From the human T2T-CHM13v2.0 reference genome, Homo sapiens, in NCBI RefSeq assembly GCF_009914755.1, contig NC_060933.1: DNA of 64,000 bases; one strand, 5' to 3'. Positions within the stretch are counted from its first letter, which is position 1; each line of letters begins with the position of its first letter. A program made the translations under genes and the position numbers. The notes under the pieces were generated by a model that was not told the DNA's origin, searched no databases, and saw only the letters and a program-made list of their open reading frames with translations. Shown piece by piece: positions 1 through 13,900 of the stretch.

Positions 1-185
1 TGGAATGGAATGGAATGGAATTAACCCGAATAGAATGGAATGGAATGGAATGCAACGGAACGGAATGGAATGGAATGGAATGGAACGGAACGGAATGGAA
101 TGGAATGGAATGGAATGGAATGGAATGGAATGGAATGGAATCAACGAGAGTGCAGGGAATGGAAAGTAATGGAATGCAATGGAAT

Positions 186-200
186 GGAATCTTCCGGAAT
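186..200 (+). promoter_or_regulatory. Perfect heat-shock-element match nGAAnnTTCnnGAAn (first of about 25 copies in the left arm)
   Basis: gGAAtcTTCcgGAAt. Motif match only; binding at this copy is not shown. Confidence 0.5.
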
Positions 201-1540
201 GGAATGGAATGGAATGGAATGGAATCAACCCGAGTGGAATGGAATGGAATGGAATGCAAGAACCCGAATGGAATGGAATGTAATGGAGTGTAAGGGAGTT
301 GAATAGAATCAATCCGAATGTAATGGAATGGAATGGAATGGAACGGAATGGAATTGAATGGAATGGAATGGAATGCAATGGAATGGAATCAACCCGAATG
401 CAATGGAATGGAGAGGAATGGAATGGAATGGAGTGGAAACTACCCGAATGGAATGGAATGTAATGGAGTGTAAGGGAATTGAATAGAATCAAAGCGAATG
501 TAATGGAAAGGAATGGAACTGAATGGAATGGAATGGAATGGAATGGAATGGAATGGAATGGAATGCAATGGAATGGAATCAACCCGAGTGCAATCGAATG
601 GAATCGAATGGAATGGAATGCAATGGAATGGAATCAACTCGATTGCAATCGAATGGAATGGAATGGAATTAACCCGAATAGAATGGAATGGAACGGAATG
701 GAAAGGAACGGAATCGAATGGAATGGAATGGAATGGAATGGAACGGAATGGAATGGAATGGAATCAACGCGAGTGCAGGGGAATGTAATGGAACGGAATG
801 CAATGGAATGAAATCATCCGGAATGGAATGGAATGGAATGGAATGGAATGGAATCAACCCGAGTGCAATGGAATGGAGTGGAATGGAATGGAATGGAATG
901 GAACAACCCGAATGGAATGGAACGTAATGGAGAGTAAGGGAGTTGAATAGAATCAATCCGAATGTAATGGAATGGAATGCAACGGAATGGAAAGGAATGG
1001 AATGCAATGGAATGCAATCAACCCGAGTACAATGGAATGGAATGGAATGGAATGGAATGGAATGGAATGGAATGGAATGGAATGGAATCAACCCGAGTGC
1101 AATGGAATGGAGTGGAATGGAATTGAATGGAATGGAACATCCCGAATGGAATGGAATGTAATGGAGAGTAAGGGAGTTGAATAGAATCAATCCGAATGTA
1201 ATGGAATGGAATGGAAAGGAATGGAATGGAATGGAATGGAATGGAATGCAATGGAATGGAATCAACCCGAGTACAATGGAACGGAATGGAATGTAATGTA
1301 ATGGAATGGAATGGAATGGAATGGAATGGAATGGAATCAACCCGAGTGCAATGGAATGGAGAGGAATGGAATGGAATGGAATGGAATGGAATGGCTTCAA
1401 ACCGAATGGAATGGAAAGGAATGGAATCAACACGAGTGGAATGGAATAGAATGGAATGGAATGGAATGGAATGGAATGGTATGGAATAGAATGGAATGGA
1501 AAGAAATGGAATGGAATGGAATGGAATGGAATGGAATGGA

Positions 1541-1900
1541 ATCGTTCCGAGTAGAATAGGAGGGAATGTATTCGAGTGGATTGGAAAGGAATGGAATCAA
1601 CCAGAGTGGAATGGAAGGGAATGGAATGTAATGGAAACTAATAGAATGGAATCAACCTGAGTGGAATGGAATGGAAAGGACTGGAATGGAATGGAATGGA
1701 ATGGAATGGAATGGAATGGAATCGTTCCGAGTAGAATAGGAGGGAATGTATTCGAGTGGATTGGAAAGGAATGGAATCACCAGAGTGGAATGGAAGGGAA
1801 TGGAATGGAATGGAAACTAATAGAATGGAATCAACCTGAGTGGAAAGGAATGGAAAGGACTGGAATGGAATGGAATGGAATGGAATGGAATGGAATGGAA
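1541..1900 (+). repeat. Local tandem duplication, 180-bp unit x2
   Basis: ATCGTTCCGAGTAGAATAGGAGGGAATGTATTCGAGTGGATTGG at 1541 and 1721. Both copies share the rare variants GTAGAATAGG, GTGGATTGG and CAACCTGAGT. Confidence 0.85.
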
Positions 1901-4900
1901 TGAACTCGATTGTAATGGAATGGAATGGAATGGAATGGAATGGAATGGAATTAACCCAAATACAATGGAATGGAATGGAATGGAACGGAATGGAGTGGAA
2001 TGGAATGGAATCAACCCGAGTGCAGGGGAATGGAATGGAATGGAATGCAATGGAATGGAATCATCCGGAATGGAATGGAATGTAATGGAATGCAAAGCAA
2101 TGGAATCAACACGATTGCAATGGAATGGAATGGACTGGAAAGGAATACATTGGAATCAACCCGAGTGGAATGGAATGGAAAGGACGGGAATGGAGTGGAA
2201 TGGAATGGAATGGAATGGAATGGAATGGAATCAACTCGATTGGAATGGAATGGAATGGAATGGAATGGAATGGAATGGAATTAACCCGAATAGAATGGAA
2301 TGGAATTAAATGGAACGGAACGGAATGGAATGGAATGGAATGGAATGGAATGGAATGGAATGGAATGGAATCAACCCGACTGCAGGGGAATGGAATGGAA
2401 TGGAATGCAATGGAATGGATTCAACTTGAATGGAATGGAAAGAATGGAATCAACACGAGTGGAATGGCATGGATTGGAATGGAATGGAATGGAATCAACC
2501 CGAATACAGGGGAATGGAATGGAATGGAATGCAATGGAATGGAATCATCCGTAATGGATTATAAAGGAATGGAATGGAAAGGAATGGAATGGAACGGAAT
2601 GGAATGGAATGGAATCAACTCGATTGCAATCGAATGGAATGGAATGGAATTAACCCGAATAGAATGGAATGGAATGGAATGGAATGGAACGGAATGGAAT
2701 GGAATGGAATGGAATAGAATGGAATGGAACGGAAAGGAATGGAATGGAATGGAATGGAATGGAATGGAATGGAATCAACGCGAGTGCAGGGGAATGATAT
2801 GTAATGGAATGCAATGGAATAGAATCTTCCGGAATGGAATGGAATGGAATGGAGTGGAATCAACACGAGTGTAATAGAATGGAGTGGAATGGAATGGAAT
2901 GGAATGGAACAACCCTAATGGAATGGAATGTAATGGAGAGTAAGGGAGTTGAATAGAATCATTCCGAATGAAATGGAATGGAATGGAACGGAATGGAATT
3001 GAATGGAATGGAATGGAATGCAATGGAATGGAATCATCCCGAGTGCAATGGAATGGATAGGAATGGAATGGAATGGAATGGAAACTAACCGAATGGAATG
3101 GAATGTAATGGAGTGTAAGGGAATTGAGTAGAATCAATCCGAATGGAATGGAATGGAATGGAATGGAATGGAATGGAATGGAATGGAATCAACCCGAGTG
3201 CAATCGAATGGAATCGAATGGAATGCAATGCAATGGAATGGATTCAAATTGAATGGAATGGAAAGAATGGAATCAACACGAGTGGAATGGCACGGATTGG
3301 AATGGAATGGAATGGAATCAACCCGAGTACAGGGGAATGGAATGGAATGGAATGCAATGGAATGGAACCAAACCGAGTACAATGGAATGGAATGGAATGG
3401 AATGGAATGGAATGGAATGGAATGGAATGATACGGAACAGAATGGAATGGAACGAAATGGAATGGAAGGGAATGGAATGGAATGGAATGGAATGGAATCG
3501 TTCCTAGTGGAATAGGAGGGAATGTATTCGAGTGGAATGGAAAGGAATGGAATCAACCAGAGTGGAATGGAAGGGAATGGAATGGAATGGAAACTAATAG
3601 AATGGAATGAACCCGAGTGGAATGGAATGGAAAGGACTGGAATGGAATGGAATGGAATGGAATCAACTCGATTGTAATGGAATGGAATGGAATGGAATGG
3701 AATGGAATGGAATTAACCCGAATACAATGGAATGGAATGGAATGGAGTGGAACGGAATGGAATCAACCCGAGTGCAGGGGAATGGAATGGAAAGGAATGC
3801 AATGGAATGGAATCATCCGGAATGGAATGGAATGGAATGGAATGCAAAGCAATGGAATCAACTCGATTGCAATGGAATGGAATGGAATGGAACGGAATAC
3901 ATTGGAAACAACCCGAGTGGAATGGAATGGAAAGGACTGGAATGGAGTGGAATGGAATGGAATGCAATTGAATGGAATGGAATGGAATGGAATCAACCCG
4001 ACTGCAGGGGATTTGAATGGAATGGAATGCAATGGAATGGATTCAACTTGAATGGAATGGAAAGAATGGAATGAACACGAGTGGAATGGCATGGATTGTC
4101 ATGGAATGGAATGGAATCAACCCTAGTACAGGGGAATGGAATGGAATGGAATGCAATGGAATGGAATCATCCGTAATGGAATGGAAAGGAATGGAATGGA
4201 ATGGAATGGAATGGAATGGAATGGAATGGAATCAACTCGATTGCAATCGAATGGAATGGAATGGAATTAACCCGAATAGAATGGAATGGAATGGAATGGA
4301 ACGGAACGGAACGGAAAGGAATGGAATGGAATGGAATGGAATGGAATGGAATGCAACGGAAAGGAATGGAATGGAATGGAATGGAATGGAATGGAATGGA
4401 ATGGAATGGAATGGAATCAACGCGAGTGCAGGGGAATGGAATGGAATGGAATGCAATGGAATGGAATCTTCCGGAATGGAATGGAATTGAATGGAATGGA
4501 ATAGAATGGAATGGAATCAACCCGAGTGCAATGGAATGCAGTGGAATGGAATGGAATGGAATGGAACAACACGAATGGAATGGAATGTAATGGAGACTAA
4601 GGGAGTTGAATAGAATCAATCCGAATGTAATGGAATGGAAAGGAACGGAATGGAATTGAATGGAATGGAATGGGATGCAATGGAATGGAATCGACCCGAG
4701 TGCAATCGATTGGAATCGAATGGAATGGAATGCAATGGAAAGTATTCAACTTGAATGGAATGGAAAGAATGGAATCAACACGAGTGGAAGGGCATGGATT
4801 CGAATACAATGGAATGGAATCAACCCGAGTACAGGGGAATGGAATGGTATGGAATGCAATGGAATGGAATCATCCGTAATGTAATGGAAAGGAATGGAAT

Positions 4901-7900
4901 GGAATGGAATGGAATGGAATGGAATGGAATGGAATCAACAAGATTGCAATCGAATGGAATGGAATGGAATTAATCCGAATAGAATGGAATGGAATGGAAT
5001 GGAACGGAACGGAACGGAATGGAATGCAAAGGAATGGAATGGAATGGAATGGAATAGAATGCAATGGAATGGAATCAAACCGACTACAATGGAATGGAAT
5101 GGAATGGAATGGAATGGAATGGAATGGAATGGAACGGAATGATACGGAATAGAATGGAATGGAACGAAATGGAATAGAATGGAATGGAATGGAATGGAAT
5201 GGAATGGAATGGAATGGAATGGAATGGAATGGAATGGAATCGTTCCGAGTGGAATAGGAGGGAATGTATTCGAGTGGAATGGAAAGGAATGGAATCAACC
5301 AGAGTGGAATGGAAGGGAATGGAATGGAATGGAAACTAATAGAATGGAATCAACCCGAGTGGAATGGAATGGAACGGACTGGAATGGAATGGAATGGAAT
5401 GGAATCAACTCGATTGTAATGGAATGGAATGGAATGGAATGGAATGGAATGGAATTAACCCGAATACAATGGAATGGAATGGAATGGAATGGAATGGAAT
5501 GGAGTGGAAAGGAATGGAATCAACCCGAGTGCAGGGGAATGGAATGGAATGGAATGCAATGGAATGGAATCATCCGGAATGGAATGGAATGGAATGGAAT
5601 GCAAAGCAATGGAATCAACTCGATTGCAATGGAATGGAATGGAATGGAAAGGAATACATTGGAATCAACCCGAGTGGAATGGAATGGAAAGGACTGGAAT
5701 GGAGTGGAACGGAATGGAATGGAATGGAATGGATTGGAATGGAATGGAATCAACTTGATTGGAATGGAATGGAATGGAATGGAATGGAATGGAATAGAAT
5801 GGAATGGAATCAACCCGACTGCAGGGGAATGGAATGGAATGGAATGCAATAGAATGGATTCAACTTGAATGGAATGGAAAGAACGGAATCAACACGAGTG
5901 GAATGGCATGGATTGGAATGGAATGGAATGGAATCAACCCGAGTACAGGGGAATGGAATGGAATGGAATGCAATGGAATGGAATCATCCGTAATGGAATG
6001 GAAAGGAATGGAATGGAATGGAATGGAATGGAATGGAATGGAATGGAATGGAATGGAATCACCTCGATTGCAATCGAATGGAATGGAATGGAATTAACCC
6101 GAATAGAATGGAATGGAATGGAACGGAACGGAACGGAACGGAATGGAATGGAATGGAATGGAATGGAATGGAATCAACCCGAGTGCAATGGAATGGAGTG
6201 AAATGGAATGGAATGGAAAGGAGACAACCAGAATGGATTGGAATATAATGGAGTGGAAGGGAATTGAATAGAATAAATCTGAATGTATTGAAATGGAATG
6301 GAACGGAATGGAATGGAATGGAATGGAATCGAATGGAATGGAATGCAATGGAATGGATTCAACTTGAATGGAATGGAAAGAATGGAATCAACAAGAGTGG
6401 AATGGCATGGATTGGAATGGAATGGAATGGAATCAACCGGAGTATAGGGGAATGGAATGGAATGGAATGCAATGGAATGGAATCATCCGTAATGGAATGG
6501 AATGGAATGAAATGGAATGGAATGGAATGGAATGGAATCAACTCGATTGCAATCGAATGGAATGGAATGGAATTAACCCGAATAGAATGGAATGGAATGC
6601 AATGGAACGGAACGGAATGGAATGGAATGGAATGGAATGGAATGGAATGGAATGGAACGGAATGGAAGGGAATGGAATGGAATGGAATGGAATGGAATGG
6701 AATGGAATCAACGCGAGTGCAGGGGAATGGAATGGAATGGAATGCAATGGAATGGAATCTTACGGAATGGAATGGAATGGAATGGAATGGAATGGAATGG
6801 AATGGAATGGAATCAACCCGAGTGCAATGGAATGGAGTGGAATGGAATGGAATGGAATGGAACAAATCGAATGGAATGGAATGTAATGGAGAGTAAGGGA
6901 GTTGAATAGAATCAATCCGAATGTAATGGAATCGAATGGAACGGAATGGATTTGAATGGAATGGAATGGAATGCAATGGAATGGAATCAACCCGAGTGCA
7001 ATGGAATGGAGAGGAATGGAATGGAATGCAATGGTAACTACCCGAATGGAATGGAATGTAATGGAGTGTAAAGGAATTGAATAGAATCAATCCGAATGTA
7101 ATGGAATGGAATGGAACGGAATGGAATGGAATGGAATGGAATGCAATGGAATGGAATCAACCCGAGTGCAATCGAATGGAATCCAATGGAATGGAATGAA
7201 ATGGAATGGATTCAACTTGAATGGAATGGAAAGAATGGAATCAACACGAGTGGAATGGCATGGATTGGAATGGAATGGAATGGAATCAACCCGAGTACAG
7301 GGGAATGGAATGGAATGGAATGCAATGGAATGGAATCATCCGTAATGGAATGGAAAGGAATGGAATGGAATGGAATGGAATGGAATGGAATTGAATGAAA
7401 TGGAATGCAATCAACTCGATTGCAATCGAATGGAATGGAAGGGAATTAACCCGAATAGAATGGAATGGAATGGAATGGAACGGAACGGAACGGAACGGAA
7501 CGGAACGGAACGGAATGGAATGGAATGGAATGGAATGGAATGGAATGGAATGGAATCAACGCGAGTGCAGGGGAATGGAATGGAATGGAATGCAATGGAA
7601 TGGAATCTTCCGGAATGGAATGGAATGGAATGGAATGGAATGGAATGGAATCAACCCGAGTGCAATGGAATGGAGTGGAATGGAATGGAATGGAATGGAA
7701 CAACCCGAATGGAATGGAATGTAACGGAGTGTAAGGGAATTGAATAGAATCAATCCGAATGTAAAGGAATGGAATGGAACGGAATGGAATGGAATGGAAT
7801 GGAATGGAATGGAATGCAATGTAATGGAATCAACCCGAGTGCAATCGAATGGAATCGAATGGAATGGAATGCAATGGAATGGATTCAACTTGAATGGAAT

Positions 7901-10796
7901 GGAAAGAATGGAATCAACACGAGTGGAATGTCATGGATTGGAATGGAATGGAATGGAATCAACCTGAGTACAGGGGAATGGAATGGAATGGAATGCAATG
8001 GAATGGAATCATCCGTAATGGAATGGAAAGGAATGGAATGGAATGGAATGTAATGGAATGGAATGGAATGGAATCAACTCGATTGCAATCGAATGAAATG
8101 GAATGGAATTAACCCGAATAGAATGGAATGGAATGGAATCGAACGGAAGGGAAAGGAATGGAATGGAATGGAATGGAATGGAACAGAATGGAATGGAATG
8201 GAATGGAATGGAATCAACGCGAGTGCAGGGGAATGGAATGGAATGGAATGCAATGGAATGGAATCTTCCGGAATGGAATGGAATGGAATGGAATGGAACG
8301 GAATGAAATGCAATGGATTCAACTCGATTGCAATGGAATGGAATGGAATGGAATGGAATTAATCCGAATAGAATGGAATGGAATGGAATGGAACGGAATG
8401 TAACGGAATGGAATGGAACGGAATGGAATGGAATGGTATGGAATGGAATGGAATGGTACGGAATAGAATGGAATGGAACGAATTGTAACGGAATGGAATT
8501 GAATGGAATTGAATGGAATGGAATGGAATCAACACGAGTGCAGGGGAATGTAATGGAACGGAATGCAATGGAATGGAATCATCCGGAATGGAATGGAATG
8601 GAATGGAATGCAATGCAATGGAATGGAATCAACCCGAGTACAATGGAATGGAATGGAATGGAATGGAATGGAATGGAATGGAATGCCTACAAACCGAATG
8701 GAATGGAAAGGAATGGAATCAACACGAATGGAATGGAATGGAATGGAATGGAATGGAATGGAATGGAATGATACGGAATAGAATGGAATGGAACGAAATG
8801 GAATGGAATGGAATGGAATGGAATGGAATGGAATGGAATGGAATGGAATGGAATGGAATCGTTCCGAGTGGAATAGGAGGGAATGTATTCGAGTGGAATG
8901 GAAAGGAATGGAATCAACCAGAGTGGAATGGAAGGGAATGGAATGGAATGGAAACTAATAGAATGGAATCAACCCGAGTGGAATGGAATGGAAAGGACTG
9001 GCATGGAATGGAATGGAATGGAATCAACTCGATTGTAATGGAATGGAATGGAATGGAATGGAATGGAATGGAATGGAATGGAATTAACCCGAATACAATG
9101 CAATGGAATGGAATGGAACGGAATGGAGTGGAATGGAATGGAATCAACCCGAGTGCAGGGGAATGGAATGGAATGGAATGCAATGGAATGGAATCATCCG
9201 GAATGGAATGGAATGGAATGGAATGCAAAGCAATGGAATCAACTCGATTGCAATGGAATGGAATGGAATGGAAAGGAATACATTGGAATCAACCCGAGTG
9301 GAATGGAATGGAAAGGACTGGAATGGAGTGGAATGGAATGGAATGGAATGGAATGGAATCAACTCGATTGGAATGGAATGGAATGGAATGGAATGGAATG
9401 GAATGGAATTAAACCGAATAGAATGGAATGGAATGGAATGGAACGGAATGGAACGGAATGGAATGGAATTGAATGGAATGGAATGGAATGGAATGGAAAC
9501 AACCCGACAGCAGGGGAATGGAATGGAATGGAATGGAAACAACCCGACTGCAGGGGAATGCAATGGAATGGAATGCAAAGGAATGGATTCAACTTGAATG
9601 AAATGGAAAGAATGGAATCAACACTAGTGGAATGGCATGGATTGGAATGGAATGGAATGGAATCAACCCGAGTACAGCGGAATTGAATGGAATGGAATGC
9701 AATGGAATGGAATTATCCGTAATGGAATGGAAAGGAATGGAATGGAATGGAATGGAATGGAATGGAATCAACTCGATTGCAATCGAACGGAATGGAATGG
9801 AATTAACCCGAATAGAATGGAATGGAATGGAATGGAATGGAACGGAACGGAATGGAATGGATTGGAATGGAATGGAATGGAATGGAATGGAACGGAAAGG
9901 AATGGAATGGAATGGAATGGAATGGAATGGAATCAACGCGAGTGCAGGGGAATGGAATGGAATGGAATGCAATGGAATGGAATCTTCCGGAATGGAATGG
10001 AATGGAATGGAATGGAATGGAATGGAATGGAATGGAATAAACCCGAGTGCAATGGAATGGAGTGAAATGGAATAGAATGGAATGGAACAACCCGAATGGA
10101 ATGGAATGTAATGGAGAGTAAGGGAGTTGAATAGAATCAATCCGAATGTAATGGAATGGAATGGAACGGAATGGAATTGAATGGAATGGAATGGAATGGA
10201 ATGGAATGGAATGGAATCAACCCGAGTTCAATGGAATGGAGAGAAATGGAATGGAATGGAATGGAAACTACCCGAATGGAATGGAATGTAATGGAGTCTA
10301 AGGGAATTGAATAGAATCAATCCGAATGTAATGGAATGGAATGGAACGGAATGGAATGGAATGGAATGGAATGGAATGGAATGGAATGCAGTGGAATGGA
10401 ATCAACCCGAGTGCAATCGAATGGAATCGAATGGAATGGAATGCAATGGAATGGATTCAACTTGAATGGAATGGAAAGAATGGAATCAACACGAGTGGAA
10501 TGGCATGGATTGGAATGTAATGGAATGGAATCAACCCGAGTACAGCGGAATGGAATGGAATGGAATGCAATGGAATGGAATCATCCGTAATGGAATGGAA
10601 AGGAATGGAATGGAATGGAATGGAATGGCATGGAATCAACTCGATTGCAATCGAATGGAATGGAGTGGAATTAACCCGAATAGAATGGAATGGAATGGAA
10701 TGGAACGGAACGGAACGGAATGGAATGGAATGGAATGGAATGGAATGGAACGGAAAGGAAGGGAATGGAATGGAATAGAATGGAATGGAATGGAAT

Positions 10797-10960
10797 CAAC
10801 GCGAGTGCAGGAGAATGGAATGGAATGGAATGCAATGGAATGGAATCTTCCGCAAATGGAATGGAATGGAATGGAATGGAATGGAATCAACGCGAGTGCA
10901 GGAGAATGGAATGGAATGGAATGGAATGCAATGGAATGGAATCTTCCGGAATGGAATGGA
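10797..10960 (+). repeat. Local tandem duplication, 91-bp offset
   Basis: Variant CAACGCGAGTGCAGGAGAATGG (usual form ...GCAGGGGAATGG) at 10797 and 10888. Confidence 0.75.
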
Positions 10961-13900
10961 ATGGAATGGAATGGAATTGAATGGAATCAACCCGATTGCA
11001 ATGGAATGGAGTGGAATGGAATGGAATGGAATGGAACAACCCGAATGGAATGGAATGTAATGGAGAGTAAGGGAGTTGAATAGAATCAATCCGAATGTAA
11101 TGGAATGGAATGGAACGGAATGGAATTGAATGGAATGGAATGAAATGCAATGGAATGGAATCAACCCGAGTGCAATGGAATGGAGAGGAATGGAATGGAA
11201 TGCAATGGAAACTACCCGAATGGAATGTAATGGAGTGTAAGGGAATTGAATAGAATCAATCCGAAAGTAATGGAATGGAATGCAACGGAATGGAGTGGAA
11301 TGGAATGGAATGGAATGGAATGGAATGCAATGGAATGGAATCACCCCCAGTGCAATCAAATGGAATCGAATGGAATGGAATGCAATGGAATGGATTCAAC
11401 TTGAATGGAATGGAAAGAATGGAATCAACACGAGTGGAATGGCATGGATTGGAATGGAATGGAATGGAATCAACCCGAGTACAGGGGAATGGAATGGAAT
11501 GGAATGCAATGGAATGGAATCAACCGTAATGGAATGGAAAGGAATGGAATGGAATGGAATGGAATGGAATGGAGTGGAATGGAATGGAATGGAATCAAAT
11601 CGATTGCAATCGAATGGAATGGAATGGAATTAACCCGAATAGAATGGAATGGAATGGAATGGAACGGAACGGAATGGAATGGAATGGAATGGAATGGAAT
11701 GGAATGGAATGGAACGCAACGGAATGGAATGGAATGGAATGGAATCAACGCGAGTGCAGGGGAATGGAATGGAATGGAATGCAATGGAATGGAATCTTCC
11801 GGAATGGAATGGAATGGAATGGAATGGAATGAAATGCAATGGAGTCAACTCGATTGCAATGGAATGGAATAGAATGGAATGGAATGGAATGGAATGGAAT
11901 TAATCCGAATAGAATGGAATGGAATGCAATGGAACGGAATGGAACGGAATGGAATGGAATGGAATGGAATGGAATTGTATGGAATGGAATGGAATGGTAC
12001 GGAATAGAATGGAATGGAACGAATTGAAATGGAATGGAATTGAATGGAATGGAATGGAATGCAATGGAATCAACGCGAGTGCAGGGGAATGTAATGGAAA
12101 GGAATGCAATGGAATGGAATCATCCGGAATGGAATGGAATGGAATGGAATGGAATGGAATCAACCCGAGTGCAATGCAATGGAGTGGAATGGAATGGAAT
12201 GGAATGGAACAACCAGAATGCAATGGAATGTAATGGAGAGTAAGGGAGTTGAATAGAATCAATCCGAAAGTAATGGAATGGAATGGAACGGAATGGAATG
12301 GAATGGAATGGAATGGAATGGAATGGAATGGAATCAACTCGATTGCAATCGAACGGAATGGAATGGAATTAACCCGAATAGAATGGAATGGAATGGAATG
12401 GAACGGAACGGAACGGAATGGAATGGATTGGAATGGAATGGAATGGAATGGAATGGAACGGAAAGGAATGGAATGGAATGGAATGGAATGGAATGGAATG
12501 GAATGGAATGGAATCAACGCGAGTGCAGGGGAATGGAATGGAATGGAATGCAATGGAATGGAATCTTCCGGAATGGAATGGAATGGAATGGAATGGAATA
12601 GAATGGAATGGAATAAACCCGAGTGCATGGGAATGGAATGGAATGGAATGCAATGGAATGGAATCAACCCGAGTGCAATGGAATGGAGTGGAATGGAATG
12701 GAATGGAATGGAACAACCCGAATGGAATGGAATGTAATGGAGAGTAAGGGAGTTGAATAGAATCAATCCGAATGTAATGGAATGGAATGGAAAGGAATGG
12801 AATTGAATGGAATGGAATGGACTGCAATGGAATGGAATCAACCCGAGTGTAATGGAATGGAGAGGAATGGAATGGAATGCAATGGAAACTACCCAAATGG
12901 AATGTAATGGAGTGTAAGGGAATTGAATAGAATCAATCCGAATGTAATGGAATGGAATGGAACGGAATGGAATGGAATGGAATGGAATGGAATGGAATGC
13001 AATGGAATGGAATCAACCCGAGTGCAGGGGAATGTAATGGAACGGAATGCAATGGAATGGAATCATCCGGAATGGAATGGAATGGAATGGAATGGAATCA
13101 ACCCGAGTGCAATGGAATGGAGTGGAATGGAATGGAATGGAATGGAACAACCCGAATAGAATGGAATTTAATGGAGAGTAAGGGAGTTGAAAAGAATCAA
13201 TCCGAATGTAATGGAATGGAATGGAACGGAATGGAATGGAATGGAATGGAATGGAATGGAATGCAATGGAATGGAATAAACCCGAGTACAATGGAATGGA
13301 ATGGAATGGAATGGAATGGAATGGAATGGAATGGAATGGAATGCAATGGAATGGAATCTTCCGGAATGGAATGGAATGGAATGGAATGGAATCCAATGGA
13401 TTCAAATCGATTGCAATGGAATGGAATAGAATGGAATGGAATGGAATGGAATTAAACCGAATAGAATGGAATGGAATGGAATGGAACGGAATGGACCGGA
13501 ACGGAACGGAACGGACTGGAATGGAATGGAATGGAATTGTATGCAATGGAATGGAATGGTACGGAATAGAATGGAATGGAAAGAATTGGAATGGAATGGA
13601 ATCGAATGGAATGGAATGGAATGGAATGGAATCAACCCGAGTGCAGGGGAATGTAATGGAACGGAATGCAATGGAATGGAATCATCCGGAATGGAATGGA
13701 ATGGAATGGAATGGAATGGAATGGAATGGAATCAATCCGAGTGCAATGGAATGGAGTGGAATGGAATGGAATGGAATGGAACAACCCGAATGGAATGGAA
13801 TGTAATGGAGAGTAAGGGAGTTGAAGAGAATCAATCCGAATGAAATGGAATGGAATGCAACGGAATGGAATGGAATGGAATGGAATGGAATGGACTGGAA

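Noticed and set aside
1555-1570. AGGAGG in GAATAGGAGGGAATG resembling a Shine-Dalgarno site before an ATG
   Set aside because: It is part of a recurrent satellite word in eukaryotic heterochromatin, and the downstream ORFs are repeat artefacts.
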